A stretch of DNA of 64,000 nt from an uncultured virus (IMG/VR IMGVR_UViG_3300042347_000998) (lineage: Duplodnaviria > Heunggongvirae > Uroviricota > Caudoviricetes), in the IMG/VR virus record IMGVR_UViG_3300042347_000998; one strand, written 5' to 3'. Below, in pieces: positions 24,001 through 35,324 of this stretch. Made by a program: the position numbers and the translations under genes. The notes beneath the pieces are model-generated. The model worked only from the letters and a program-made list of their open reading frames with translations. It searched no databases and was not told the origin of the DNA. Numbering within the stretch: position 1 is the first letter of the stretch; the number at the start of each line of letters is the position of its first letter.

Positions 24001-26015
24001 AATCAAGACCATTAAAATGGACAAAACAAACAAAAGATAGAATTATTAATGGGGTCTTATATTCTAAACAACGACCAGATTTAAAATCAAGGGTAACTCC
24101 AAAAACTCAAATAATTAAATCAGTATCAAAAACAGATACAAAAATTTATGTAAATAATGCATTTCCTTTATTTTCTATAGATGAAAATTTAAATTTAAAA
24201 GAAGAACTAAGAGATGTTGTATTGATATCAAATAAAGATTTTACAATTTCCACTGGTACGGCTGTAGTATCAGCAGCATCAACGATTTCTGGTGTCTCAA
24301 TTACTAGTGGTGGTTCTGGATATGAACCTTCAAGTCAACCAGATATTTCTATATCTTCGGCATTTATAGTTAAAAAAGATCCAATTTATAATTGGCAAAA
24401 AACTACTGGAATAAACACTTCTTTTAGTTTTAATTCAGTCATTTATGGAAATAAATTTGTTGCTATTGGAAGCAGTAGTCTATTGGGAATTAGTGAAGAT
24501 GGCAAATTGTGGACCACTTCTAATGTTGGATTTGGCACAACAGTATCATTTAACTCAATATCTTTTGCATCAACTTCAAATACTTATGTTGCTGTAGGGA
24601 ATACTGGAAAAATTATCAAATCTGTTGGATTGTCTTCTTGGACTGAATATAATTTGGTACAAAGAATATTTTCAGATTCCAGTAATGTTGATTTAAATGA
24701 TGAGATTGAGACAGAAAAAAGTTTGTTTAATGGTGAGTTTAATGATATTTCATACTCATCAACAAAAGATACTTTTGTTGCAGTTGGATCTACGTATATT
24801 TTTTCTTCTGTTGGGACTGCTTCCACTCAATTTATAAAAAATAACTTTAATACAGAAAATAATTTAAACAGTATAAGTAATAATAATTCATTATTTGTTA
24901 CAGTTGGAGATAATGGTAGAATTTCTTACTCAATAACTGAAAATGTTTGGAAATCTATTACTAAATTTACTAATGAAAATTTAAATAAGGTTATTTGGGA
25001 TGGTTCTAAATTTATAGTTGTTGGAAATAATTCAACTATAGCAACATCTGAGACTGGCATAAATTGGTCTTTGATTCAAAATTTAAATATTTCTACAAAT
25101 ATTAAGAACATTAAATATTTTGATGGAATTTACGTTATTTTAGATACTAATGGTGACTTGTACTATTCATTAAATCTTTCTTATTGGGAGAAGAGAACAA
25201 CAAACCAAAATAATCCGATTAAAGATATAGTTTATATACCAAATCTAAATTCCAATTCCATAACTATTGTTGTTGGGGTTGCAGGAACAGTAATGTATGC
25301 TAATCCATCATATAATAGAGCAACTGCAACTTCAACTACAACGAATGACTCTGTTTCATCAGTCACTATAACAAATGGTGGTTTTGGGTACTCTCAAACT
25401 ACAGCACCACCTGTTATTTTTGAAAGCATTAAACCAAATAAAGAAAAAATTATTTCAATAAAAGCAAAAGGTGATTTTGGTAAGATTGTTGGAATCAACA
25501 CTATAGGAATTGGACAATCATCACTTGAATTTATTTTAGAATCAGAAAATTATAACAATAGTCTTTTAGGTATTGGTTATTCTTCCCTCAATGTATTTGG
25601 AATTAATCGTAGTCAGTTAAATGTTGGTGATTATTTTGTAATTTTTGATAGTAATGTAATAACTGGTTATGCTCTTACTGGAATTACAACATCAACTGGA
25701 ATAATTGTTGGTTCTTCTGGTGTTTCCACAAACACTATTGATGGATTATATAGAGTAGAAAACGTAATTTCTAATACCAATACTGGTATTGTGACTGTTA
25801 GGTGTGATTTTATTGTAGTTCCTGGTGGAGTGGATAAAGCAATCAGTACAGGAATTAATACTACTGGATTCTATGGAAGATATACTTGGGGTCAAATATA
25901 TGATTATCAAAATAGAGCAAGAGAAAATCCAAAACAATTTGATGCAAATACCAGAAACGGATTGATTGGATTATCAACTGCACCAGAAGTTTATAGAACT
26001 CGTGGTTTAATTTAG
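21003..26015 (+). CDS. large virion structural protein (1670 aa)
   Basis: Repeated I..GG.GY...P motifs, a beta-propeller-like VAVG repeat region, C-terminal YGRYTWG; lies before gp8. Confidence 0.8.
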   Translation: MRTVPGSGAILFPIFDGDKYSVSKIEVIDGGAGYASTDPPKIEIENTTTPTIEGVFYPIIDHPSNGSIVSVLIVNPGEGYFPVTNTLGEKIGIGTTSLVEPQFVTKEYGAGIIMGVSGGIGSAIFENGYNVAISTTITGVSTLIPNALSRIYGFGNPIPSTTNGIGTDAKFEVWITYDGTPAGNPISTSIILKDGGRGYRVADTVSIAGTYLGGENPTHTLSFNVSKVSSTAIVSAANASYTGVAGTTIVGVGSGATFNISRDSTGKISSVTVANGGRNYSIGVVGVGTTSTSSTPTDIISIAGTHIGGSTPADNLFVSPTLLGTDILPDILYIDKLNDDQFKVSGLSTASELDISQLGVGTHSFAFDNPNASSLIAIDNIIQTPLYRKNLTFSLSSGVGLGNTIYVTSGISSLTSLDVLKIDSEYMNVRAVGIDSTNDIIVERGQYGSEIRAHTSSSTIKVYRGDYNIEKGKIYFSTPPYGKIGQEGLKVSSNFQGRYFSRRFDPGNTTDKNLVIDDISLDFTGKAENLGIRTGTLNYDSQDSISGIDTTSLEIGDTLNLEYSTPFLINLNTVINSIGIGSIGISPNHNVYVGIATTTFNIRRLNFSLKTDNEIISGIYTNTNSSTDINNNPIILINNIPQVAEKDFKIDTPGNNTIKFISGVPNAGRIVRVAITTGFGYQPLVGASATVSVSSAGTISSISLTGAGSGYRTAPVISIASTVGSGATITATIGTGGTVTSLSIVNAGTGYTTNILPQINIPIPPNYSDLSTTYAGISTGSGEGAKVSVIVGNGSSVTGFTLEDPGSGYKVGEILVVPGITTNPTVGAGFSEFRITIEETFTDKFGGFYPGQFIKFDDPSKYFTGTKRKFDLLIDKESISLKTSPLSDLKVENNFFVFINDIIQVPNLSYKIVGSRIIFTEAPKKDSKCLILFYRGSDLDVDQVDPPKTLKEGDIIQIQQNKFELTQREQFERVIKKIISSDQFDTFTYDSLGINTDPKKSRPLKWTKQTKDRIINGVLYSKQRPDLKSRVTPKTQIIKSVSKTDTKIYVNNAFPLFSIDENLNLKEELRDVVLISNKDFTISTGTAVVSAASTISGVSITSGGSGYEPSSQPDISISSAFIVKKDPIYNWQKTTGINTSFSFNSVIYGNKFVAIGSSSLLGISEDGKLWTTSNVGFGTTVSFNSISFASTSNTYVAVGNTGKIIKSVGLSSWTEYNLVQRIFSDSSNVDLNDEIETEKSLFNGEFNDISYSSTKDTFVAVGSTYIFSSVGTASTQFIKNNFNTENNLNSISNNNSLFVTVGDNGRISYSITENVWKSITKFTNENLNKVIWDGSKFIVVGNNSTIATSETGINWSLIQNLNISTNIKNIKYFDGIYVILDTNGDLYYSLNLSYWEKRTTNQNNPIKDIVYIPNLNSNSITIVVGVAGTVMYANPSYNRATATSTTTNDSVSSVTITNGGFGYSQTTAPPVIFESIKPNKEKIISIKAKGDFGKIVGINTIGIGQSSLEFILESENYNNSLLGIGYSSLNVFGINRSQLNVGDYFVIFDSNVITGYALTGITTSTGIIVGSSGVSTNTIDGLYRVENVISNTNTGIVTVRCDFIVVPGGVDKAISTGINTTGFYGRYTWGQIYDYQNRARENPKQFDANTRNGLIGLSTAPEVYRTRGLI

Positions 26016-26045
26016 AGATAAATAAAAAAAAGTATTTTTCATAAA

Positions 26046-27617
26046 ATGCCTGCGATTATATCTGACCAATTTAGAGTTATGAATGCTGAGACTTTTACTA
26101 AAAGTCTTATTGCAGTTGGAAACACCAGCAATACATATTATACCTTCATTGGACAACCAAATGCTCTAAATCCACAAGCAAATGGAATTGCCGAGTGGGG
26201 AGCAAATCCCCCACCACCACTTGATGGTTTTGAAGAAGAAAATAAAATAAAAGAAACCATCATATCAATGAAAAAGGTGACTCAGAGTGATGTGAGAAGA
26301 ATGATTAGAAAGGTTGTCTGGGAATCTGGTTCAAGCTATGAGATGTATAGGCACGATTATTCAATCTATAATTTATCACCAATTACAAACTCTTCTTCAT
26401 TGTATGATGCTAATTATTATGTAATTAATGAAGATTTGAGGGTTTATATTTGTTTACAAAATGGAGCAAATCCAGAAAATTCTAGAGGTAGGCCATCTGT
26501 AGATCAACCAACTTTTGTTGATTTGGAACCAAGACCAGCAGGAACTAGTGGAGATGGATATATTTGGAAATATCTTTATACAATTAAACCATCAGAAATT
26601 GTAAAATTTGATTCTATTGAGTTTATTCCAGTTCCAGAAGATTGGGGAACAGTCGGAGAGAGTATATCAACAAAAAATAATGCAATTGATGGAAAAATAG
26701 AAATCATTAATATCAAAAATAGAGGTTCTGGGTATAGTCCAATTTCTCAAACTTTTACAAATATTCCTATTCTTGGAGATGGGACTGGAGGAAAGGCAAC
26801 AATTACGGTAGATTCTTTTGGGAAAGTTTCTGATATTTTTGTGAGTGATGGTGGAACTGGATACACAAAAGGTATAATCAAATTTGAACCAGGAGCACCT
26901 TCAATAACACAAAATTTAAGTAATACTGGAACAAATGCTACATTTGAAGTTATTGTTCCACCAAAAGGTGGTCACGGATATGATATTTATAGAGAGTTGG
27001 GTGCATATAGGGCATTAGTTTATTCAAGATTTTCTACAGATTCTACAAATCCAGATACAATTATAGGAAATGATTTTGCTAGAATTGGAATTATAAAAAA
27101 TCCAACTAAAAGTGGAAGTGCTGTAGAAAAATTAGAAACTGCCGAAGTAAGTGCGATGAAAGCATTGAAATTGACTGGTTCAGCAACTAGTACAACAACT
27201 TATGCAGTAGATTCAGTAATTACTCAACAAGTAAGTACTGGAGTTACTGCAATAGGTTTTGTTGCTGCTTGGGATAATGTCACAGGAGTTTTGAAATACT
27301 ATCAACCTGTAGGACTAGCAACTGAGGGTGTTGGATATAACATAAATCAATTCACATCTTCTCCTGGTTCTGGTGGAAGTTTAACAATTGTTGGATCTTC
27401 AATGAATGGTTCTTCATTAACAATTGATAGTGGATTTACTGGATTAAGTACAGTAATAAATAATACTACATACCAATTGGGAAGTTATTTTACGTCTGGC
27501 ATTTCATCGTCTGAATATAATAATAAATCCGGTGAAATTATATACATTGACAATAGATTCCCTGTACCAAGATCAAAAAGCCAAAAAGAAGATATTAAAA
27601 TCGTCCTGGAGTTTTAA
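26046..27617 (+). CDS. gp8: baseplate wedge subunit gp8
   Basis: MPAIISDQFR, W.SG..YEMYRHD, VYICLQNG, DGYIWKYLYTI, C-terminal QKEDIKIVLEF. Confidence 0.9.
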   Translation: MPAIISDQFRVMNAETFTKSLIAVGNTSNTYYTFIGQPNALNPQANGIAEWGANPPPPLDGFEEENKIKETIISMKKVTQSDVRRMIRKVVWESGSSYEMYRHDYSIYNLSPITNSSSLYDANYYVINEDLRVYICLQNGANPENSRGRPSVDQPTFVDLEPRPAGTSGDGYIWKYLYTIKPSEIVKFDSIEFIPVPEDWGTVGESISTKNNAIDGKIEIINIKNRGSGYSPISQTFTNIPILGDGTGGKATITVDSFGKVSDIFVSDGGTGYTKGIIKFEPGAPSITQNLSNTGTNATFEVIVPPKGGHGYDIYRELGAYRALVYSRFSTDSTNPDTIIGNDFARIGIIKNPTKSGSAVEKLETAEVSAMKALKLTGSATSTTTYAVDSVITQQVSTGVTAIGFVAAWDNVTGVLKYYQPVGLATEGVGYNINQFTSSPGSGGSLTIVGSSMNGSSLTIDSGFTGLSTVINNTTYQLGSYFTSGISSSEYNNKSGEIIYIDNRFPVPRSKSQKEDIKIVLEF

Positions 27618-27622
27618 GTAAA

Positions 27623-30600
27623 ATGCCACAAAATACAAATTTAAATGTATCCCCATATTTTGATGATTTTTCTGATCAGAAAGGATATCAGAAAGTATTA
27701 TTTAAACCAGGAACTCCAATACAATCAAGAGAATTAACAACACTCCAAAGTATTTTACAAAATCAAATTGAAAAGTTTGGAAAACACTTCTTTAAAGAAG
27801 GCTCAATGGTAATACCTGGACAAATTGGTTACGATGATCAGTATTATTCTGTTCAAATTGATGAGTCTCATTTAGGTATTCCTGTTTCTTCGTATATAGA
27901 AAAATTTGTAGGAAAAAGTATCCAAGGAGAAACTAGTGGTGTTACAGCAGTAGTAGAAAACTATATTACCAATGAACAATCCGAACGAGGAAATTATACA
28001 CTTTATATAAAGTACAAAAATTCAAGTAGTAGTAATTTTACTACAAGATCTTTTATTGATGGTGAAAATTTAATTTCTCTAGAAGATGTAGATTATACAT
28101 TATCTACAATTCAAAGAAACACATCATTTGCAACTGCAATTATATCAAATTCTACTTCTATTGGATCTGCGGCAAAAATAGAGGAAGGGGTTTATTTCAT
28201 TAGAGGATTTTTTTTAACGGTATCCAAACAAACAACAATACTGGATCAATATGAAAATAGTCCTTCATACCGTGTAGGTCTTTTCATTGATGAAGAAATT
28301 GCAGTGGCCTCAAATAATTATAGTGATTTATTTGATAATGCTCAAGGATTTTCTAATTATTCGGCACCTGGTGCAGATAGATTGAAAATATCATTATCTT
28401 TAATCAAAAAACCACTTGATGATTTTAATGATGAAAATTTTGTTGAATTGATGAGATTGGATTCTGGTGTATTGGTTAAATTTGTAAACAATTCTGATTA
28501 TAATTTATTAAAAAATGAATTTGCCAGAAGAACATATGATGAATCTGGAGATTATTATATCAAACCATTTAATGTTTTTCTGAAAGATTCATTGAATGAT
28601 AAAGTAGGAAATAGTGGAATATATTCGGAAAAACAAAAAACATCTCAGGGAAATGTTCCATCTGATGATTTAGCTTGTTTGTCTATAAGTCCAGGAAAAG
28701 CATATGTTAGGGGTTATGAAATAGAAACAATAAGTAATATTAGTGTTGATGTAGAAAAACCAAGAACAACTGAAAAAGTTTTTAATTCATCAATTCCATT
28801 TAATGTTGGCAGAAAAATTATAGTTAATAATGTTTTTGGAACAATTCCAGTGGGATTTGGAACAACATCTCAGGTTTCTCTTTATGGTGATAGAACATCA
28901 ACAGTCGGAGTATCTTCTGGAACTAAAATTGGAATAGCAAGAGTTTATGATTTTAAACTCAAAAATGCTGAATATTCTAATGCTTCTACTCAATTTGAAC
29001 TTTTTCTTTATGACGTTCAAACATACACAAAATTGACTTTAAATTCCACAATAACTTCTTTAAGTACTCCAGCATTTATAGAAGGAAAGAGTAGTGGTGC
29101 TTCTGGATATTTAGTAAGTGCTGTTTCAAATTCTTCAGAATTGGTTTTATATCAGGTATCTGGTTCTTTCATTTCAAATGAACAACTCAAATCCAATGGA
29201 GAGGATTTAAATAGAAATGTATCTAGTTTAATTGATTATAATCTATCAGATGTACATCAAATTACTGCCAATGAATCGGCAGGAATAGGAACATTCACTG
29301 CAGATCCACTTCTTTCAGTTCAAACTCTTTTAGCACCATCTGGAACACAATTTTCCATCAGTTCTAGTGGCACTGTAACTTCCGGACAAGAAAACTTTTA
29401 TGTGGGAATAAAGGTAGGTGATGTTGTTTCTTACACAAAACAAGGGGATATTGTCCCAACTTATAATAAAGTTTCCGCAATAAGTACCTCTGGAAAAAAT
29501 ATAACAATTATACCAACAACATCAGTCTCTGGCATTTGTAGTGGCACTTCACCTGCAAGTAATATTGCAGTTAATGACTTTAAAAAAGTTTCATTAGAGG
29601 TTTTAAATAATCAAAATGCATTTTTGTACTCTAAATTAAATAATTCAAATATTTCAACGGTAGATTTAACAGGGTCTGAAATTATTATAAGAAAATCATA
29701 TCAAATTCCATCAAGTTCATTTTCTTCGGGATCATATTCACAAATTTTAGAAACTGATCCAAATTTAACTTTATTGCCATTTGATGAAGAAGATTACAAT
29801 TTAAGTTTTTCCAATGGAACTATTCCACCATTAAATAACCAAAAACTAACCGTAAGTGGGAGAACTGTATCAATTCAAGGTATTACACCAAATTCCAATT
29901 CTTCTACTTTGACGGTGACATTTAAAAAAATTAATGTTTCCTCCAGAAAAAAAATATACAATAGATGCTCTTCACTAATTATAAATAAAACTTCATCTGG
30001 AATAAACACTTCTACTAATGGTTTAACGAAAAGTGATATATATGGATTAAGAGTTGAAGATAAAGAAATATCATTAAATGTTCCAGATGTAGAAAGTATT
30101 ATTGGGATATTTGAGTCATCCACATCGTCAGATCCAATTTTACCAAACATAACATTAACAAACTTAAATTCAAATATTTTAAATTTAATTAAAGGAGAAA
30201 GAATTGTCGGTAATGATAGCAATGCTGTAGCAGTGGTTGTTTCAAGCAATTCAACCAATGTAGTTGAGTTTGTCTACTTAAACGAAAATTCTTTTTACAT
30301 TGGTGAAAACGTCATATTTGAAGAATCAAAGATATCTGGAAAAGTAGATTCCATTTTGACAGGTGATAAAAATATAAAAAATAATTATATCTTGGATGAA
30401 GGTCAAAAAGTGGAATACTTAGATTTTTCCAAAATAGTTAGAAAAAGTGAATTTTCTTCGCCAACAAAAAAACTTAAAATAATTTTTAACAACTATACAA
30501 TAAATTCAACAGATGCTGGAGATTTGGTTAGTGTAGATTCATACGATAAAGAAAGATATGGAAAAGATATTTCTTTTGTTGGTTCAAATAGTTTAAGTGA

Positions 30601-33600
30601 TGTTATTGATTTGAGACCAAGAGTTGCTCCATATTCAGGTACATATTCACCGTTTGAATATGAATCAAGAAAATTTGAATCAATAAATTCTTCAAAAAAT
30701 ATATTCTCAAATAATAAAGATATTAATTTATCTTATGAGTATTATTTGCCAAGAATTGATAAATTATATTTAAATAAAGATGGTATATTTTTTATCAGCA
30801 AGGGAATTCCATCCATAGAGTCTAAAGAACCAAATTCTTTGGATTCATCTTTGGAAGTTGCAACGATTAGATTACCGGCATATTTGTATAGTACTACAGA
30901 TGCAACTATCATATTATCTTCTCATAAAAGATATACTATGAGAGATGTTTCTAGATTAGAAGATAGAATAAAAAATATAGAATATTATACTTCATTATCT
31001 CTACTTGAATCTGATACTCAGAATCTTTCAATTCGTGATCCTCAAACAAAATTAGATAGATTTAAATGTGGTTTCTTTGTTGATAATTTTAGATCATATA
31101 ATGGTGGTCAAATAAGAAGTAGAGATTACAAAGCAAGTATTGATACTGCAAATGGAATTTTAAGACCATCGCACTATACAACGTCAATTGATTTACTCAT
31201 AGGATCCGAATCTGTTGTTGGATTGGGAACAATATCAAATCCAAACACAGACCTTCGTTTTGCAAATGATTTCGGATCACCAAATATAAAAAAAGTTGGC
31301 AGTCAGTTACTACTCAATTACTCTGAAGTGGAGTATGTAAAAAATATATTTGCTACAAGATCGGAAAATGTAAATCCTTTTCATGTTATAAATTGGATTG
31401 GATCTATTGAATTAAACCCATCTTCTGATAGTTGGATAGAAACAAGAAAAACAAAAAAAACAGTTGATATTGAGGGAAGTTATCAGCAATCAATGGAACA
31501 ACTTGGAGTTGATAGTAACACTGGATTCTCTCCAATAGATTGGAATTCTTGGGAAACAAATTGGACTGGAGAAACTATATCCAATGGTCCAGAAATAGGG
31601 AGAATTAGTCAAGGAACAACTAATTTAGGAAACACTACTTTTGATCCAAGCGGATCTGGAAGGAGACAAGTTACTGATACAACTACATTTAGAGATGACT
31701 TTTTGACATTTAATAACCAAACAATAACTAAAACTGGAACAAGTACAAGAGAAGGTATTCAATATAAAGTATCAGAAAAATTTGATTCAACTAATTTGGG
31801 AGATAGAGTAGTTTCCAGAGAAATCATTAAAAAAATGAGATCCAGAAACATTGAAATTATTGCAAGAAGATTAAAGCCTTCTTCTAGATTTTATTGCTTT
31901 TTTGATAACGTAGATTTGACTTCTTATGTAATCCCAAAACTTTTAGAAGTTTCTATGAGTAGTGGTACTTTTTCTCCAGGAGAAACAGTAATTGGCACTT
32001 TGGGCACAAAAAGCATAAGGTTTAGACTCTCTCAACAAAACCACAAATATGGACCATACGATTCTGCAACAGAAGTGTATGTAGAGAACCCATATCAACC
32101 AGAAAATACATTATCTAGTTCTTATTCATCAACAACAACCATTTTAAATGTTGATACTGCTAGTTTATCAATAAATTCTGAATCTAATTTTTATGGGTCA
32201 TTAATTCAGGGAATGCAAATTGTTGGCCAAACTAGTAATGCAATTGCAACTGTCTCTGAGATTAGATTGGTAAGTGATTTTTCTGGAGTCTTTATTGGAT
32301 CTGTATTGATCCCCGATTCTACTATCCCATCAACACCTTCGTTTGAAACTGGAACAAAGACTCTTGTTTTGACAACTAGTTCTACAAATTCTACAGTTGT
32401 GACCTCAAATGAAAGTACTGCAGAAACTAATTTTTATTCAGAAGGCACTTTAGATAATGTTGAAAATTCAACTCTTCGTATAAGAAATGCAAATATAGAA
32501 AGATTACCACAATCAGAAACAATATTAGCATCAGAAACTGAAACTAGATTAGTATCAAGTAACACTTCAGAAAACAGAACAACAACAAGTCAAAGATGGG
32601 TTGATCCATTAGCACAATCATTTGAAGTTGCAGATAGAAATGGAGTATTCATAACAAAATGTGATATTTTCTTCAAAACAAAAGACACTAAAGGAGTTCC
32701 GGTAACTCTTCAAATTAGATCTATGAGGGATGGGACTCCAACTCAAGAAATTCTTCCTTTTGGTGAAATCGTATTGAATACAAGTGATGTAAACATTTCT
32801 GAAGATGGAACTGTCCCCACTACATTCACATTCCCATCTCCAATTTACCTTGAATCAGTAGGTAGTGGATATGCAATTGTATTAGTTTCATCTTCAAATG
32901 AATATAATGTTTGGATTTCTAGAATGGGTGAAACTGATATTTCTACAATTGACAAACCAGATTCTGAGAAAATAATTGTTTCCCAACAACCAACTCTTGG
33001 GTCTTTATTTAAATCACAAAATGGTTCTACTTGGGAACCAAGTCAATTAGAAGATTTGAAATTTACTTTATATAGAGCAGATTTTGTAACTTCACCAGCA
33101 TCAATTAGATTTTACAATCCAGAGTTGGCAGTTGGAAACAATCAAATAATTTCACTAAGACCAAATCCAATCAATACAAATTCAAATTCTGCATTGATTG
33201 GAATCGGAACGAGTTTATCTCCAGTTCAACAAAGTTCTTTGGTTATCGGAAATACAATAAGTCAAACAACCAATACTAATTTTACTGGAAAGTTAAAATC
33301 ACTTGTTGGTGCAGTCGGGATTAATTCTGAATTGACTTTAACAAATACAGGAATGGGTTTTACTAGTGGACCCAAATTATATTCTAATATAAATTTAAAA
33401 ACACTTACTGGATTTGGAAATAATGCCAAGGTAAATCTTTTTGTATCTGGCGGAGTTGCAGTTGCAGCAACAGTAACTGATGGTGGTTCTGGATATAAAA
33501 TTGGAGATACACTGACTGTAAATTCTTCTGATACAGACGGATTCGGAAAAAATTTAATTCTGACGATTCCAAATAGTTCTGGAATTATTTCTTCCTTTAA

Positions 33601-35098
33601 TTCAATTATTGTTGATAACATTCAAGGAAAAGTAAATACTTCTGGTTCGTATTCATTAACAAATAATGGATCAGAAATAACTAATGCAACAGCAACTAGT
33701 TCTATAGAATTGACAAATGGTTTATATTTTAAAGTAAATCATAATAATCACGGAATGTATGCAGCAAATAATCAAGTAATTTTAAGTGGAATTGAATCCG
33801 ATTATTCACCAGAAACTTTAGTTAGTGATTATTCTGCCACATCTACTGATAATATTGTAGTTTCTTCTGGTTCTATTTTTTCTACTTTTGAAAATGTTGG
33901 TGTTGCATCAACAAATCCAGGATATATTTTAATTGATCAAGAAATTATTAAATATACTGGAGTTTCTGGAAATTCATTAACTGGAATAACAGGAAACAGA
34001 GGAATAGATGGAACAATACCAACTTTACATAAAGCAAAATCTTTAGTATTTAAATATGAAATGAATGGCATTTCATTGAGAAGAATTAATAAAACACATA
34101 CATTCACTGATGTTGATGTGAGTAATTATCCAATTGAAATGGATTCTTATTATTTAAAAATTGATACATCGTCAAAAACTGGAACAGACAGAACTACTGG
34201 AAGTGCTGTTGGTCCAGAACTATTCTTCAACCAATCAAAATCTTGTGGTTCTTATCTAACAAATACTCCACAACTGAATTCAATAAATGGACAAAAGGCA
34301 ACGCAAAATTTAGTATTTAATAGTATTAGGCCAAACATAGTCACAATGTTACCAGACACAACTTCAATTTCTGCAAAATTGAGAACAACATCTGCGACTA
34401 GTGTAAATGGAAATGAATTATCATTTATTGATTCTGGTTTTACTGATATTTCTTTAAACTCAAATAATGAATTTAATTCTTTAAAAATGATTTGCTCTAA
34501 GGTCAATGAAGAGTTTTATTTGAGTTCTTTACCTGGAAATAAATCGTTGACTATAGAAATGTCCTTACAGACCAAGGATTCTAAAGTTTCTCCTGTGATT
34601 GATTTTGATCGTGTAAGTTTAATTACTACTATGAATAGGATTGATACTCCAATTAAAAATTATTTAACTGACCCAAGAGTTAATCAATTAACTGGTGATC
34701 CAAATTCAGCAATTTACTTATCAAAAATAGTAAAGTTAGAGAAATCATCAGACAACTTAAAAGTTTTATTTGATGCATACAGACATCAATCTAATGATAT
34801 TAGAGTTCTTTATCGTTTATTCAGAAATGATACTCCAGACGAACAACAAATATTTGAGTTTTTCCCAGGATATGATAATTTAGATCAAAATGGTAATATC
34901 GTAGATTCATCTAAAAATAATGGAAGACCAGATAGATTTGTGCAATCATCTAATACCATAAATGATTATGGAAATTATGAATTCACCGCAAAAAATTTGC
35001 CTTTATTTAATGGATTTCAAATTAAAATTATTATGACAGGAACAAATCAAGCACAAGTTCCTTATATTAAAGACCTTCGTATTATTGCAACAATATGA
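27623..35098 (+). CDS. VrlC-like (DUF4815-type) large virion structural protein
   Basis: MPQNTNLNVSPYFDDF..KVLFKPG..QSRELTTLQSILQNQ, APGADRLKI, RRTYDESGDY, DPLAQSF. Confidence 0.85.
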   Translation: MPQNTNLNVSPYFDDFSDQKGYQKVLFKPGTPIQSRELTTLQSILQNQIEKFGKHFFKEGSMVIPGQIGYDDQYYSVQIDESHLGIPVSSYIEKFVGKSIQGETSGVTAVVENYITNEQSERGNYTLYIKYKNSSSSNFTTRSFIDGENLISLEDVDYTLSTIQRNTSFATAIISNSTSIGSAAKIEEGVYFIRGFFLTVSKQTTILDQYENSPSYRVGLFIDEEIAVASNNYSDLFDNAQGFSNYSAPGADRLKISLSLIKKPLDDFNDENFVELMRLDSGVLVKFVNNSDYNLLKNEFARRTYDESGDYYIKPFNVFLKDSLNDKVGNSGIYSEKQKTSQGNVPSDDLACLSISPGKAYVRGYEIETISNISVDVEKPRTTEKVFNSSIPFNVGRKIIVNNVFGTIPVGFGTTSQVSLYGDRTSTVGVSSGTKIGIARVYDFKLKNAEYSNASTQFELFLYDVQTYTKLTLNSTITSLSTPAFIEGKSSGASGYLVSAVSNSSELVLYQVSGSFISNEQLKSNGEDLNRNVSSLIDYNLSDVHQITANESAGIGTFTADPLLSVQTLLAPSGTQFSISSSGTVTSGQENFYVGIKVGDVVSYTKQGDIVPTYNKVSAISTSGKNITIIPTTSVSGICSGTSPASNIAVNDFKKVSLEVLNNQNAFLYSKLNNSNISTVDLTGSEIIIRKSYQIPSSSFSSGSYSQILETDPNLTLLPFDEEDYNLSFSNGTIPPLNNQKLTVSGRTVSIQGITPNSNSSTLTVTFKKINVSSRKKIYNRCSSLIINKTSSGINTSTNGLTKSDIYGLRVEDKEISLNVPDVESIIGIFESSTSSDPILPNITLTNLNSNILNLIKGERIVGNDSNAVAVVVSSNSTNVVEFVYLNENSFYIGENVIFEESKISGKVDSILTGDKNIKNNYILDEGQKVEYLDFSKIVRKSEFSSPTKKLKIIFNNYTINSTDAGDLVSVDSYDKERYGKDISFVGSNSLSDVIDLRPRVAPYSGTYSPFEYESRKFESINSSKNIFSNNKDINLSYEYYLPRIDKLYLNKDGIFFISKGIPSIESKEPNSLDSSLEVATIRLPAYLYSTTDATIILSSHKRYTMRDVSRLEDRIKNIEYYTSLSLLESDTQNLSIRDPQTKLDRFKCGFFVDNFRSYNGGQIRSRDYKASIDTANGILRPSHYTTSIDLLIGSESVVGLGTISNPNTDLRFANDFGSPNIKKVGSQLLLNYSEVEYVKNIFATRSENVNPFHVINWIGSIELNPSSDSWIETRKTKKTVDIEGSYQQSMEQLGVDSNTGFSPIDWNSWETNWTGETISNGPEIGRISQGTTNLGNTTFDPSGSGRRQVTDTTTFRDDFLTFNNQTITKTGTSTREGIQYKVSEKFDSTNLGDRVVSREIIKKMRSRNIEIIARRLKPSSRFYCFFDNVDLTSYVIPKLLEVSMSSGTFSPGETVIGTLGTKSIRFRLSQQNHKYGPYDSATEVYVENPYQPENTLSSSYSSTTTILNVDTASLSINSESNFYGSLIQGMQIVGQTSNAIATVSEIRLVSDFSGVFIGSVLIPDSTIPSTPSFETGTKTLVLTTSSTNSTVVTSNESTAETNFYSEGTLDNVENSTLRIRNANIERLPQSETILASETETRLVSSNTSENRTTTSQRWVDPLAQSFEVADRNGVFITKCDIFFKTKDTKGVPVTLQIRSMRDGTPTQEILPFGEIVLNTSDVNISEDGTVPTTFTFPSPIYLESVGSGYAIVLVSSSNEYNVWISRMGETDISTIDKPDSEKIIVSQQPTLGSLFKSQNGSTWEPSQLEDLKFTLYRADFVTSPASIRFYNPELAVGNNQIISLRPNPINTNSNSALIGIGTSLSPVQQSSLVIGNTISQTTNTNFTGKLKSLVGAVGINSELTLTNTGMGFTSGPKLYSNINLKTLTGFGNNAKVNLFVSGGVAVAATVTDGGSGYKIGDTLTVNSSDTDGFGKNLILTIPNSSGIISSFNSIIVDNIQGKVNTSGSYSLTNNGSEITNATATSSIELTNGLYFKVNHNNHGMYAANNQVILSGIESDYSPETLVSDYSATSTDNIVVSSGSIFSTFENVGVASTNPGYILIDQEIIKYTGVSGNSLTGITGNRGIDGTIPTLHKAKSLVFKYEMNGISLRRINKTHTFTDVDVSNYPIEMDSYYLKIDTSSKTGTDRTTGSAVGPELFFNQSKSCGSYLTNTPQLNSINGQKATQNLVFNSIRPNIVTMLPDTTSISAKLRTTSATSVNGNELSFIDSGFTDISLNSNNEFNSLKMICSKVNEEFYLSSLPGNKSLTIEMSLQTKDSKVSPVIDFDRVSLITTMNRIDTPIKNYLTDPRVNQLTGDPNSAIYLSKIVKLEKSSDNLKVLFDAYRHQSNDIRVLYRLFRNDTPDEQQIFEFFPGYDNLDQNGNIVDSSKNNGRPDRFVQSSNTINDYGNYEFTAKNLPLFNGFQIKIIMTGTNQAQVPYIKDLRIIATI

Positions 35099-35295
35099 TA
35101 CCAGTAGAAGGACATAAAGGACTCTATAGAGATGAGACCACTAATGCAATTGTAAATTGTAATGACTATCAGTATCAAGAATATATAAAATTGAAAAATG
35201 AATCTTTGAGTGAAAAAGAAGAAATTGAAAATTTAAAAAATGAATTGTCAGAAGTTAAGAAATTGCTGAAAGATTTAATAAACAATCATTCATAA
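35095..35295 (+). CDS. small hypothetical protein
   Basis: VEGHKGLYRD..TNAIVN with a coiled-coil tail; usual neighbour of the VrlC-like gene. Confidence 0.8.
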   Translation: MIPVEGHKGLYRDETTNAIVNCNDYQYQEYIKLKNESLSEKEEIENLKNELSEVKKLLKDLINNHS

Positions 35296-35324
35296 ATACT
35301 ATAAAATAAAAGTTTTTTAATATA